64,000 nt of DNA, taken from IMG/VR virus record IMGVR_UViG_3300018413_000001. One strand, given 5' to 3'. This document shows positions 54,369 to 64,000 of the stretch, piece after piece; position 1 is the first letter of the stretch, and every line of letters starts with the position of its first letter. A model generated the notes under the pieces. It worked only from the letters and a program-made list of their open reading frames with translations, made no database searches and was not told the DNA's origin. Position numbers and translations under genes: made by a program. This stretch comes from an uncultured virus (IMG/VR IMGVR_UViG_3300018413_000001). Its lineage: Duplodnaviria; Heunggongvirae; Uroviricota; Caudoviricetes.

Positions 54369-54903
54369 GTGGACCAATGACTGGGCCTGCCACCACTACA
54401 CCAACTGGATGAAGCATCTGGGCAGGTTCATCGGACATCCCGCGCTGGCGCTGGAGATCGGCTCATGTGAAGGCCGGTCTTCGTGCTTCTTCGTCCAGAA
54501 CATTCTCACCCACCCGGACTCGCGGCTCATCTGTGTGGACCCATGGGTGATGCCAGGAACGGAAGAACGGTTCCAGAAGAACATCGGCATTCTGGGGTGC
54601 CGGGAGAAAATCATAATTCATCGAATGCCCAGTGATGAGCTTGTCCTGTCGTCACCCCCCGGATGTGATTTCATCTACATCGACGGCTGGCACTCGGCGG
54701 CAGCCACGATGAAGGATGCCTGCCGGTCATGGGTGGCGCTGAAAAAGGGCGGCATCATGATTTTTGACGACTACATGTGGCACATCAATGACCTGCCCCG
54801 AGTCGATGCGCCCAAGCTGGCCATTGACTCGTTCCTGCTGATTTTTGAGAAGGAATTGAAGGTGCTGCACATCGGTCAGCAGGTCATCGTGGAGAAGAGA
54901 TAG
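54337..54903 (+). CDS. Class I SAM methyltransferase (Methyltransf_24-like)
   Basis: LEIGSCEGRS, CVDPW, DFIYIDGWH, LKKGGIMIFDDY. Confidence 0.85.
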   Translation: MNETPPPQTPEWTNDWACHHYTNWMKHLGRFIGHPALALEIGSCEGRSSCFFVQNILTHPDSRLICVDPWVMPGTEERFQKNIGILGCREKIIIHRMPSDELVLSSPPGCDFIYIDGWHSAAATMKDACRSWVALKKGGIMIFDDYMWHINDLPRVDAPKLAIDSFLLIFEKELKVLHIGQQVIVEKR

Positions 54904-54963
54904 CAAAATATCACCTTGACGCTTTGCCAGTTTGTCATTGTCAAAAATGAGATTTGACAGACC

Positions 54964-56433
54964 ATGCTGGTTATGGCACGCACCCGCGCTCAAAGTTATG
55001 ATCCTTACAGTGACTGGGGGGTAAACCCTAAAGGCCAGCAAGTCAACGCAATGGGCCAGAGGAAGACCATAGGCTTTTCTCCAGACCGTGCTCCTTCTCG
55101 CGGGTTTGGTGGTCTCAACGAGCATTACGCCAGACAAGCTTATGATGGCTCACCCAAAGCCATTGAGGATTATGCCAGTGAAGCACGCAAGGCTGGGGAG
55201 CTCGTAGGCAACGCTGGTGGGCGGATGCTCGATACATGGGAAAACCGTGGGTTCAAGACCCACCTTTCCGACAAGAACCCCTATGCACAGCCAGCAGGGC
55301 CAGTGGCACCAGTTGCCCCGTCATTACCACCCGGTGCGCCTTCGGCAGACAGCATGGCTTTTGCTGAAAAGGCAGCACCCAGAGATCTTGAAGATCGTGG
55401 CAATCCGGCACCCCCACGGCCCGTAGCTGGCCGCACTCTCGACAACCAAGAATGGGCCAACAAGCCAGCACCCAAGGGCGGGGGCGGCGCGGCAGCCCCA
55501 GCAGTCCCTGGCAGCGGCGGCAATGATGAGCCTGGCAGCGATGAAGCCCCGCCCGAAGAACCAACAGATGAGGGGGGAGGAGACCCCGGTGAAGGTGGGG
55601 GCAGCAGCGGCGGGCCAACTCCGCAGCCCAAGCCTGAAGATCCGAACCTTTTGAAAGTGCCGTTGCCAATAATCAACCGTGCAGCAAAACCTCCTCCGAT
55701 GCCTTCTCCTATGGGGAATGACAATTCAGGGCAGGCAGCACCCAGGTACCAAGGCATCACAGATTCCGGCTGGGGACAGTCCGCAGCAGAATCGGCAGCA
55801 CAGAGCAGGCCGTCTCCACAGCCTGTCAGCAACCGTGTTTCGGCCAACCCATACATGACCCGTGCAGACAATGTGGCACAAGCTAAAGCAGCGGGCACTT
55901 TCGACAACATCCGCAACGGGTACAACCGGGACAACATGGAGCAGGGGTATGTGATGAACCCGGCAGGCGACATCATCCAGAACAAGGACATCCAGCAGGA
56001 TTATGCCCGGTCCCAGTTGCAGCCAATGGCTGATGAAATCGCAGCCCGGAGAGACTTTGCCCGCGGTGAGGCCCCAGTGATGTTCACTGATCCCAACGAG
56101 AGCCCGACAGCCGATGAGATGAACCCGCAGCCACGGCGTGCGGTCAAAGTGAACCCGTATGGCACAGCCACAGCCACATATGGCAGCAGCCCACCCGCTG
56201 GTGGCACTATGGAAGATCCGCTGACCGGCGCAACGGTTCCAATCAAGCAGTGGACCAACGATCAGAGTGCTGTGCAGGCCACCAAGTATGGCCCTGGCGC
56301 TGCTCAGGCGGGGGCGGATTATCTGAACCCTAAAAGGATCGCAGCCAGCACCGAACCACTTGGGCAGGACGACGCTGAGCAATACCGTGCCATCGCCCGA
56401 GGGGGTAAAATCCCACGCTCCTCGAAAGCATGA
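54964..56433 (+). CDS. Pro/Gly-rich putative internal virion protein
   Basis: 489-aa low-complexity ORF heading the tail/ejection operon. Confidence 0.55.
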   Translation: MLVMARTRAQSYDPYSDWGVNPKGQQVNAMGQRKTIGFSPDRAPSRGFGGLNEHYARQAYDGSPKAIEDYASEARKAGELVGNAGGRMLDTWENRGFKTHLSDKNPYAQPAGPVAPVAPSLPPGAPSADSMAFAEKAAPRDLEDRGNPAPPRPVAGRTLDNQEWANKPAPKGGGGAAAPAVPGSGGNDEPGSDEAPPEEPTDEGGGDPGEGGGSSGGPTPQPKPEDPNLLKVPLPIINRAAKPPPMPSPMGNDNSGQAAPRYQGITDSGWGQSAAESAAQSRPSPQPVSNRVSANPYMTRADNVAQAKAAGTFDNIRNGYNRDNMEQGYVMNPAGDIIQNKDIQQDYARSQLQPMADEIAARRDFARGEAPVMFTDPNESPTADEMNPQPRRAVKVNPYGTATATYGSSPPAGGTMEDPLTGATVPIKQWTNDQSAVQATKYGPGAAQAGADYLNPKRIAASTEPLGQDDAEQYRAIARGGKIPRSSKA

Positions 56434-57404
56434 ACACTCGCCTGACAGTAGCGGAAGCGCGGGATCAATTGTGGCAACTGGCTGATCCATCTGACCGGAA
56501 CAGCCCGATGTTCCTGTACATGCTCAACGAGATCTGTTCCAAGCTCATAGAATCTGGAAAATGGAAGGGCTCAGTGGTCCACGTCACTTTTGATTCGTCG
56601 GCTGGCTACATCACCCTGCCGCCCGAGGCTTTCTCGGTCATGGCCATGACGTACAACCGGGTGCCGGGCATGACTTTCACCCAGTTTCACCAATATCAGG
56701 AGAACGGCCCTGGCAACTTGAAGGACACCCTCAACTGGACAGGCATTCTGATGGAGATGGGGGATGGGTTTGTCACCCAGACCGACATTCCTGAAGGTGT
56801 TGCCACCAACCTCCGAGTCACCTTGAGCAATGCAGCGGACGCGGCGAAAGTGTTTCGTCTGTTCGGTCAGAACGGCTCCAACCAGCCCATCTATGATCTG
56901 ACCACGGGAGTGGAAGGCATCAACCTGACGAGTGCTTTCCCTTCTGCTGACACCCCGACCACCACGTCCCAGCTTTTTTCCAAAGTCACAGGCATCCAGG
57001 CTCCAGCCAACCTGAAAGGGTCATGGACACTCTCTTATCTGGTCGATGGCACGGCCACCCAGATTGGTCAGTATCTGCCATGGGAGACCATCCCTATCTA
57101 CTCCCGCTACCAGACCGGTGTGGCTGAAAAGACCATCCGCATTCTGTGCCAGCGCCGGTTCCGCAAGATGGTCAACGAGACCGATTGGGTGATCCCAGGC
57201 AACATTGGCGCTCTCCGTGAAGGGTTCTGGCACCTGAAGTATTTGAACTCCTCGGACGACGAGAAAGCACAGATGAAGTTTGACCGTGCTCTCTACTGGC
57301 TCAACAATGAAGCGCGTTCGTTCCGTGCCGGGGCCATGACGCCCACCAATGTGCAGCAGTGGGGGTATGCAGGCTACTACGGCTGGACCGGCGCTGACTA
57401 TTGA
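56430..57404 (+). CDS. Putative head-tail adaptor / tail tubular protein
   Basis: N- and C-terminal helices flanking a beta domain (YITLP), as in podovirus adaptor proteins. Confidence 0.5.
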   Translation: MNTRLTVAEARDQLWQLADPSDRNSPMFLYMLNEICSKLIESGKWKGSVVHVTFDSSAGYITLPPEAFSVMAMTYNRVPGMTFTQFHQYQENGPGNLKDTLNWTGILMEMGDGFVTQTDIPEGVATNLRVTLSNAADAAKVFRLFGQNGSNQPIYDLTTGVEGINLTSAFPSADTPTTTSQLFSKVTGIQAPANLKGSWTLSYLVDGTATQIGQYLPWETIPIYSRYQTGVAEKTIRILCQRRFRKMVNETDWVIPGNIGALREGFWHLKYLNSSDDEKAQMKFDRALYWLNNEARSFRAGAMTPTNVQQWGYAGYYGWTGADY

Positions 57405-57413
57405 TCCCACATT

Positions 57414-58367
57414 ATGCCACCCCCAGCCACCAGTCCTGCAATGCGTGAGTTCGGTTATGGAGCACGCCGTGCTCTGGAGCCATACCGCAGTCCTGACGCC
57501 CAGACCTATCAAGATCCGAACGTCAAACCGTATTTCCGCATGAACCAGCTCCCGGCTGCGGAGCGCAACAGTCTTGCGTACAGCGGCTATGCCCGGCAAC
57601 AGGACAACATGGTGCTTCAGGAAGACCAGATCAACCAGCAACTGGCTGCCCAGCGTGAGAAACTGGGTCAGGACAAGCGCAAAGTGGCTCGACTTGAACA
57701 GGTGCAGGACGTGGAGGATCAGGCCAACGAAGCATTGAACTCGGGAGTGCCTGCCAATCAGGTCATTCAGCAGTTTCCGGGACTGGTGCAGTCCCCGGCG
57801 TTTGGCCGGTATGCCCAGTTGGCCAAGATGGCATCGCCTGCCCAGCAGACACTGGCCCCCCACTTCCGCAAGAGCCTCAAGAGCCCAATTGCCCGGCAGT
57901 ATTTTGACAAGCACTTCCAAGTCACCGGAGATGCCACCCAAGCACATGACCTCGCGCAGGCCGACGAGATGAATGACAATCTCAAGGTGGATCTTATCAA
58001 ACACGGGGTGCCCTTCGACATCGTTGAAAGTCAGCAACGGTGGACTCCTCTGATGGCTCAGTCGGCCATCCAGACTCACGGTAAATCCAAAAAGGACAAT
58101 CTTGATGAGCTGGGCTATCGCAAGGCCGTGTCCAAGTATTTCGATGACATGAAAGCTGAAGAGGATGTGATCGGTAAACCCCGTGACATGCTCAAAGTGA
58201 AAGAGGACATAGACAAACTCCGTGGAGTGTTCTTCCCACAAGCACCTGTGGCATCCCCCGTCGTCCCCGGTGCAAAACCGGCAGCATCCAGCACCCCGAC
58301 CAAATCGAAAGTGCAAGTTTTGGCTGAGCGTTATGGCATCATCAAACCTAAAGTCACACAGCCATGA
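57414..58367 (+). CDS. Putative internal virion (ejection) protein
   Basis: Gln-rich helical 317-aa protein directly upstream of the giant ORF. Confidence 0.5.
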   Translation: MPPPATSPAMREFGYGARRALEPYRSPDAQTYQDPNVKPYFRMNQLPAAERNSLAYSGYARQQDNMVLQEDQINQQLAAQREKLGQDKRKVARLEQVQDVEDQANEALNSGVPANQVIQQFPGLVQSPAFGRYAQLAKMASPAQQTLAPHFRKSLKSPIARQYFDKHFQVTGDATQAHDLAQADEMNDNLKVDLIKHGVPFDIVESQQRWTPLMAQSAIQTHGKSKKDNLDELGYRKAVSKYFDDMKAEEDVIGKPRDMLKVKEDIDKLRGVFFPQAPVASPVVPGAKPAASSTPTKSKVQVLAERYGIIKPKVTQP

Positions 58368-61300
58368 GCCCGTGGGAAGAAGTTGAAAAAGACCCCGAGT
58401 TCTCCACTCTGGCTCCACAGGACAAGGCTGCTCTGTTTGACGACTGGCACAAGTCCACAGTTGAAGAGTTCCACAAAGACCTCGACCCCGATCAAATTGA
58501 CAGCGCCGGGATGCGTGGGTTCCTTGCTTCGGGTCAGGCCAAGCGACGGGAACTGCTTGGTGAACCGGTGGCCCCGGAGCAGGCAGTCAAGGAGTTCGAT
58601 CAAAGCTTGCAGGCCCGCAGCAAAGCACAGCAGCAAGCACTCAATGACTATGACGAGCTGGAGAAGGCACGCTTCGCATTGAAAGATGCCGGGCTCACCC
58701 AGCAGTTTATGTCCGGCTTTGGTGAATCCGAAGCAGGGAGTGCCCCACAGGAGGCCACTGAAAACAAGCAGAAAGAAATCGAGGCCATCCGCAGCCGGAT
58801 CACCCCAGAACTTGAAAAACAGGCCAAGGAAGCACGGGAAGCCCTTCGTGGTGAGCGCCCGGCAGCCGTTCTCGGCAGTGACATCTATACAGACCCCTCG
58901 CTGGTTCTCGACAAGGAGAAATACCGGCAGGCCATTCAGTCCACCGACGCGTCGCCCGAGGCCAAACTGCTGGCGCTCGCGGACTACAACACCCGGCGTG
59001 ACGATTTTGCCAAGAAGGCTTTGAACACGTTCAACACGGCGGGTGAAGCTCCAAAGCCATACTTCTTTGGTGCTGAAAAAGTGCTGCCTGAGATGACCTC
59101 TTTTGCCAAGTGGGAATCCGAACAACCACCAGAAGTGCGTTCCAAACGACCCGAAGACAAAGCTCTCGATTACCTGCGCACCATGCAGGGCCGTCCGGGG
59201 TTCCAGAAGATTGTGAGTGCCATAGGTACTGGGACAATGCAAGGCGGTGCTGATGTGGCTAGTCAAGGGATCGGCCTGGCAGCCATGACCACTGGCAGCG
59301 ACGCTCTGGCTAAGAAAGCCGGGGAAGTCGAGAAAGGTAGCCAGTTGATGTCCGAAGTGCAGAACCTTGAAGGTGACACAAAAGGGACAGATGTTTTTGA
59401 TGTGGGTGGTGTGAAAGCTAATGCAGCAACTACGTTGGGCGGTCTTTCCCGTCTCGGTGTGGGCATGGCCCCGGCCATCGGTGCTGGTGTGCTCACTGGA
59501 GGCAGTCTCCCCGCAGCCGCGTTGGCAGCCGGTGCCCAGACAGCCGGTGCCCAGTTTCCGACCACCTACAATGCCATGATCGAGCAGGGCAAGACCCCAG
59601 AGGAGGCACTGAGTGCTTCCCGTGGTGCCGCCGTGCTATCAGGAGGCATCACGGCAGCCCTGACAGCCTTGGGTGGTTACAACGGTGTGGAAGCTCTGGT
59701 GCGCCGTGGCGGCATGGAGGCTGCCCGCAGCAAGCTCAAGTCGGTGCTGCTGACCGGCCCGCTCAAGGAAATTGCCGAAGAACTGCCCGACGAACAGGCC
59801 AGTCAGATCATTGAATCGAGTCTGACCAATCCTGACAAGCCGGTCTCACAGGTGGTCGATGAGTTCATGGCCAAAGCGCCGGACCTCGCCTTGCAGGTGG
59901 GCCTTCTTGGCGGAGCCGGTGAAGCCTTCTCCAAGCAAGGCACCGTCCCCGCAGTGCCAACACCTGCGGAGCAGCAACGCACTCCTGTAAACTCGGCTGG
60001 TCTGGGCCGCACCGTGGGTGAAGTCGTCGCTGAAGCGGATGCTCTCAAAGCCAAAGCACAGCAGCAAGCTGTTGAATCTGGCTCCCCTCTGCTGGCTCAA
60101 GCCATTGCAGAAAATGTGGCTGCCCCCACTCCCGAGGCTCAAACGGAGGAAACAGGAGAAACCGCAGAGCCAAGCGAAACACAGGAGCCGGGGGCAGCCG
60201 GGCAGACCACAGAACCACTTTCTGATACAGAAGTCAAGGCGACAAATGACCAAATCTCCCCCACCAACGAAACACCAACAAACCAAGACAATGCCACTCA
60301 GCAAGAGCCCATCCAAGAAGGCGTTCTCCAAGAACGTCAAAACCGAGATCAAAGCCGGGAAAAAACCGAAGCAGGCCGTAGCGATAGCGTACAGCGTTCA
60401 GCGCAAGGCCAAGAAGAAGTAGCCCCGACCAATATCACCAACAACGTGGCCCTGGTCGAACAGGGCCACGTTGATCAGCATGCAGGTGAGTCGCGAACTC
60501 CGGCAGAGGGGTCGATCTCTGACGTTACCACAGGAAAAATGGCTGATAATAAGCCATTGTCAACTATTGACCCGTCTGTACAGGGGGTCGTCACACTTCA
60601 ACCGGAGCAACTGGCTGCTCTCACACCGAACCCGGCTGAGATCGAGCAGGCCATTCAAGACAACCAGACTCCAGCCCGTGAGTCGATGGACCTGAACAAA
60701 GCCGGACCCATCTTGGTGATCCGTCAGAAAGACGGCACCCTGAAGGTGGCCCAAGGGCACCACCGTCTGGCCCGTGCTTTGCGTGACAACGTGCCTCTGC
60801 GTGTGGACATTCAGAACGAAGCCACAGCCAAACCGCTCAAGAGCATCCCAGACCGCATCAAAGAGTCTTCGCTTTCACCACGGACCACCTACCCGACGCT
60901 CGTTCAGGACATCAAGAACCTCACTGGCAATACTGCAAGCAAATTGCAGGAAGTCGCTGATGCCCTCCTGCCTGAACCGATGGCCCGGCCTACGGCTGAG
61001 AAAATCGCCCGTCGTCTGATGGAGGACAACGCCGTGCAACGAGAGGCCGGTGCCGCCCGTGAACGCGCTATCGAACGCAAACTCATTGGCGAAGAGAAAG
61101 CCCAGCGTGGAGACGAGCGCCCGGTCAGCGATGACAAGGCCCCCGTCACGCAGGGAGATTTCGTCACATGGCAGGATGAGAACGGAGCCATGCGTGAAGG
61201 TGTGCTCACCAAGGCCAGCGCCGGACGCGGCAGCCTCGGAGAGCCGATGTCCGAAGTGACCCTTGAAGACAGCCAGGTGGTGCAGGTGCCACGGCGCGAA

Positions 61301-64000
61301 CTGCAACCGCTCATGGCCAGCAGCCGGGGCAACCCGGTGCAGGCATCCCGTGCCGAGGCCATTGAGTCTTTGCGCGGCCATCTTGGCAAGGAAGTCTCGG
61401 TGGGTGTGTCAGCCGTGGACGCCATCAACGGGGCTGCCGAGCTTCAGGGAGATGTGCCCGGCGTGCAGAAAGCATGGGTGGGCACCAGTGACGAGTTTCT
61501 GGCTGACGAGGGGCTGCGCAAAGCGTTCCCGCAGGTCAACAAAGCCATGACAAGCCCCGACAGCAGCCGGTTCGAGGGGTTGTTCTCGGGTGGCCGTGCG
61601 TTCGTCTTCACCGACAACGTGGGCATCTATGAAGGTGACATCGAACTGGCCGCACAGGAGGGCATGCCACCCGGTCAGGCTGCGGTGCAACGGGTGATCA
61701 CGCACGAAGCTCTGGTGCATCGTGGGTTCTATGCCCTCGACAAGCCGACACGGCAGGCACTCTTGCGCTGGGGTGAGCAGAACATTTACGAAGGTGAGAT
61801 GGACGCCAAGGCCGAGGAGTACGGCGTCGGTGCCAACTGGCGCTCAGACGTGGGCTCCCGCGAGTGGCTGATGGAGGAAATCATGGCCAAGATGATCGAG
61901 CGGTTGAAGGCACCGCCGAAGTCGGGGCCGCTGAAGCAATTGTGGGACATCCTGGCGAGCCTGTGGCGCAAGCTCACCGGCAGAAGCCGCGAAGTCACAT
62001 TGAAAGACATCCACGACGTGGCGAAGCTGCTGCGCACGGCGCTTGAACTTGCCGAGAACAACGTCCAGACACGGGACGGAATGCCGATCAGGGTTGAGGT
62101 GGTGAAGCCGTCGATGGCGGGGGAACGTGGTGCTCTGGATGCTGAGTACATGGCAGCCGTGGAGTCCGGCGATGTCGCGAAGCAGCAGGCGATGGTGGAC
62201 GCGGCGGCGAAGGCTGCGATGCCTGATAGTGTAGTTCATGAACGCATGTTGTCATCCAAGGAGCGCCGTCAGGACAAACCGCTCCTGAAGACATATCACG
62301 GCACTGATCAGGAGTTCAATACTTTTGAATCTGGCAGACCTACTGCGGATGACTGGGGCTTCTTTGGCACGATAGAAACTAACAGGCATGGCAGCTTTTT
62401 CGCTGAGAACAAAACCTTTGCGGAGACATACGCCAAAGCGCGGCAAGGCAAAAGGGTCATCAGCGTGTTCTTAAATATCAAGAATCCATTTCAGTTCACG
62501 GATGCACAGGACATTCTGGAATCGCGAGAATTCGGGGAAGAGATGACCGCAGACTTTCACATGGCGCGGTGGCTCATGTCCCTGAAGCATCAGTGGGAGG
62601 CATTTGATGGCAGGGAGGGTGTGGAGTTCACAAACTGGCTGAGATCAAAAGGATACGATGGTGCTTTCATTCAAGAGGATGGGCACGGGTTAGTGGATGC
62701 AGAAGAAGTGCAAGACGTGTGGGTGGCACTTGACCCCAACCAGATCAAATCCGCCGATCCCATCACCCGCGATGCCAATGGCAACGTGATCCCGCTCTCA
62801 CAGCGGTTCAACACGGAGTCCAATGACATCCGGTTCTCTGTCCGCCCCACATACACATCACCCCTCGACCAGACTCTGGCCAACACGGCCAAAGCCGTTC
62901 GTCTCATGCGTGACGGGCCTCCCGCCGTGCCGGTGAACCTGCAAGAGGTCTATCAGAAAGCACAGGTGGGCAAGTCCTCGGCCATGGTGTCGCTTGATGA
63001 CATGTTTGCCGAGGCAAAGAAAACCCACCCGGACCTCACCGAGGCCGAGTTTGGCCAGCAGGTGCAGGCGATGTACGATGACAATGGTGCCTACATCGAA
63101 CCGGCTGACTCACCCACCGCGATGCGCGAGGCCGGGGAGAAGTACAACGTGAGGACGCAAGGAGTTCCAGCGTCATATGTGATGGTGCTTGATGGGGCAC
63201 CACCAAATGCATCTTTCCGCCCCGAGGTGGCTGAAAAACTGAAGCGCGTTGTAGAGGTGGCCCAGACAGCATCTGGTGGCATCACAGAGTCTGAGCAACC
63301 ACAGACACAAAGCCCGGCTGGGGTCAATCCTGTTCACACATTCACACAGCAGTCGGGTGAATCCCATGTGGATGCTGCTGTGCAGATTTTTGACGCTATG
63401 GAATCTGAAGGCGTGTCCAAGGAAGAATGGGTTGACGAAATCACCAGCCCAGCCGTGATCCGTCAGCTTGGCATTGATAATGACATGATGAGCGTTCTGC
63501 TGGCCGAAGCAATGCGCCGGGATGCCCCTGGTGCTTTCAGTGCTTATGAGGTCACTCGTGAGCGTGCAGGTCGTGCTCTCGGCAGCGGGGCCATGATCCA
63601 CAACCATCCACGGTATCAGCATCTCTTCGTGCTCAATGGCATCAAGAAAGAGCATCAGCAGCAGGCCAATGACATTGCCGAGGCCAACGCCGACATCAAA
63701 ACCGATGAGGTCAAGAAGATTGTTGCCGAGTCTGGCCGCACGGCTGACCAAGAACTGGCTGATGATGCCATGGAAGCCGCATTCCGTGAAGGGGAAGAGG
63801 CTTTGAACAAGGAGAACAAAACCTTGTGGAGTAACCTCAAGGACTGGATCACAGAGATTGGGGTTATTTTGCAGATCAAGGCAGCCAGAAAAGCCAAAGC
63901 GGACAAGAATGCAGCAAAACCATCTGCGTCATTGGCTGGTGTCGTTTCTCAAGCTCGATACGAAGAATTGAACAACCTGTCAGATGATCAGCTTGATGCA
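58364..64000 (+). CDS. Giant polyvalent virion protein, N-terminal 1879 codons (3' truncated): ParB-like, zincin metallopeptidase and ADP-ribosyltransferase-like domains
   Basis: ATG at 58364 overlaps the upstream stop and I found no in-frame stop to 64000. PILV...QGHHRL (about 60704-60770), HEALVH (61703-61720) with downstream EE, YHGT...FFA...VFLNIKNP...GYDG...PNQIKS (about 62294-62750). Confidence 0.8.
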   Translation, partial: MSPWEEVEKDPEFSTLAPQDKAALFDDWHKSTVEEFHKDLDPDQIDSAGMRGFLASGQAKRRELLGEPVAPEQAVKEFDQSLQARSKAQQQALNDYDELEKARFALKDAGLTQQFMSGFGESEAGSAPQEATENKQKEIEAIRSRITPELEKQAKEAREALRGERPAAVLGSDIYTDPSLVLDKEKYRQAIQSTDASPEAKLLALADYNTRRDDFAKKALNTFNTAGEAPKPYFFGAEKVLPEMTSFAKWESEQPPEVRSKRPEDKALDYLRTMQGRPGFQKIVSAIGTGTMQGGADVASQGIGLAAMTTGSDALAKKAGEVEKGSQLMSEVQNLEGDTKGTDVFDVGGVKANAATTLGGLSRLGVGMAPAIGAGVLTGGSLPAAALAAGAQTAGAQFPTTYNAMIEQGKTPEEALSASRGAAVLSGGITAALTALGGYNGVEALVRRGGMEAARSKLKSVLLTGPLKEIAEELPDEQASQIIESSLTNPDKPVSQVVDEFMAKAPDLALQVGLLGGAGEAFSKQGTVPAVPTPAEQQRTPVNSAGLGRTVGEVVAEADALKAKAQQQAVESGSPLLAQAIAENVAAPTPEAQTEETGETAEPSETQEPGAAGQTTEPLSDTEVKATNDQISPTNETPTNQDNATQQEPIQEGVLQERQNRDQSREKTEAGRSDSVQRSAQGQEEVAPTNITNNVALVEQGHVDQHAGESRTPAEGSISDVTTGKMADNKPLSTIDPSVQGVVTLQPEQLAALTPNPAEIEQAIQDNQTPARESMDLNKAGPILVIRQKDGTLKVAQGHHRLARALRDNVPLRVDIQNEATAKPLKSIPDRIKESSLSPRTTYPTLVQDIKNLTGNTASKLQEVADALLPEPMARPTAEKIARRLMEDNAVQREAGAARERAIERKLIGEEKAQRGDERPVSDDKAPVTQGDFVTWQDENGAMREGVLTKASAGRGSLGEPMSEVTLEDSQVVQVPRRELQPLMASSRGNPVQASRAEAIESLRGHLGKEVSVGVSAVDAINGAAELQGDVPGVQKAWVGTSDEFLADEGLRKAFPQVNKAMTSPDSSRFEGLFSGGRAFVFTDNVGIYEGDIELAAQEGMPPGQAAVQRVITHEALVHRGFYALDKPTRQALLRWGEQNIYEGEMDAKAEEYGVGANWRSDVGSREWLMEEIMAKMIERLKAPPKSGPLKQLWDILASLWRKLTGRSREVTLKDIHDVAKLLRTALELAENNVQTRDGMPIRVEVVKPSMAGERGALDAEYMAAVESGDVAKQQAMVDAAAKAAMPDSVVHERMLSSKERRQDKPLLKTYHGTDQEFNTFESGRPTADDWGFFGTIETNRHGSFFAENKTFAETYAKARQGKRVISVFLNIKNPFQFTDAQDILESREFGEEMTADFHMARWLMSLKHQWEAFDGREGVEFTNWLRSKGYDGAFIQEDGHGLVDAEEVQDVWVALDPNQIKSADPITRDANGNVIPLSQRFNTESNDIRFSVRPTYTSPLDQTLANTAKAVRLMRDGPPAVPVNLQEVYQKAQVGKSSAMVSLDDMFAEAKKTHPDLTEAEFGQQVQAMYDDNGAYIEPADSPTAMREAGEKYNVRTQGVPASYVMVLDGAPPNASFRPEVAEKLKRVVEVAQTASGGITESEQPQTQSPAGVNPVHTFTQQSGESHVDAAVQIFDAMESEGVSKEEWVDEITSPAVIRQLGIDNDMMSVLLAEAMRRDAPGAFSAYEVTRERAGRALGSGAMIHNHPRYQHLFVLNGIKKEHQQQANDIAEANADIKTDEVKKIVAESGRTADQELADDAMEAAFREGEEALNKENKTLWSNLKDWITEIGVILQIKAARKAKADKNAAKPSASLAGVVSQARYEELNNLSDDQLDA
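60291..60422 (+). CDS. 43-aa basic protein overprinted in the +1 frame of the giant gene
   Basis: [43 protein letters not shown], preceded by an A/C-rich leader like other genes of this phage. Confidence 0.65.
   Translation: MPLSKSPSKKAFSKNVKTEIKAGKKPKQAVAIAYSVQRKAKKK

Noticed and set aside
60018..60290. Upstream extension of the overprinted ORF to 134 aa
   Set aside because: Only the last 43 codons from ATG 60291 have a leader and a protein-like pattern.
1..64000. Integrase, reverse transcriptase/DGR, tRNA genes, stop-codon reassignment
   Set aside because: No such motifs or cloverleafs were seen, and genes are intact in the standard code using all three stops; a tRNAscan/HMM run would be needed to be certain.
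1..64000. Specific host assignment
   Set aside because: A/C-rich SD-poor leaders and a lipoprotein hint at a diderm host with weak SD usage, but nothing in the sequence identifies the taxon.

Overview
The window is almost entirely a tailed dsDNA bacteriophage genome with podovirus-like organisation; no integrase, tRNA, CRISPR array or host gene was seen. It begins and ends inside very large + strand ORFs (1-3306 and 58364-64000; the second has no stop and is missing from the ORF track), which may be one giant polyvalent virion protein on a circularly permuted genome. Modules in order: glycosyltransferase/methyltransferase cluster (4.5-8.8 kb, -), terminase large subunit (-), portal-scaffold-capsid-fibre-lysis genes (12-21.7 kb, +), replication module (SNF2 helicase, VRR-NUC, DEDD exonuclease, DNA methyltransferase, family A polymerase, SSB, DUF2800-type nuclease, primase-helicase; 21.7-35 kb, -), many small early genes (35-44.3 kb, -), a repeat-rich non-coding strand switch (44.3-45.2 kb), putative terS, an HNH pair and small genes, a second glycosyltransferase cluster, and tail/internal virion genes (+). 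The strongest unexplained signal is a shared C-terminal peptide, D-P-L-x-[GD]-[VI]-[WFY]-stop, on seven proteins (plus five partial versions). These are mostly DNA-acting proteins, and the tag varies at synonymous codon positions. Also notable: a canonical type II hammerhead ribozyme between early genes, a small basic gene overprinted inside the giant ORF, and repeated leader/hairpin cassettes in front of early genes. All family assignments come from motif recognition by eye, not database searches, and the host cannot be determined.
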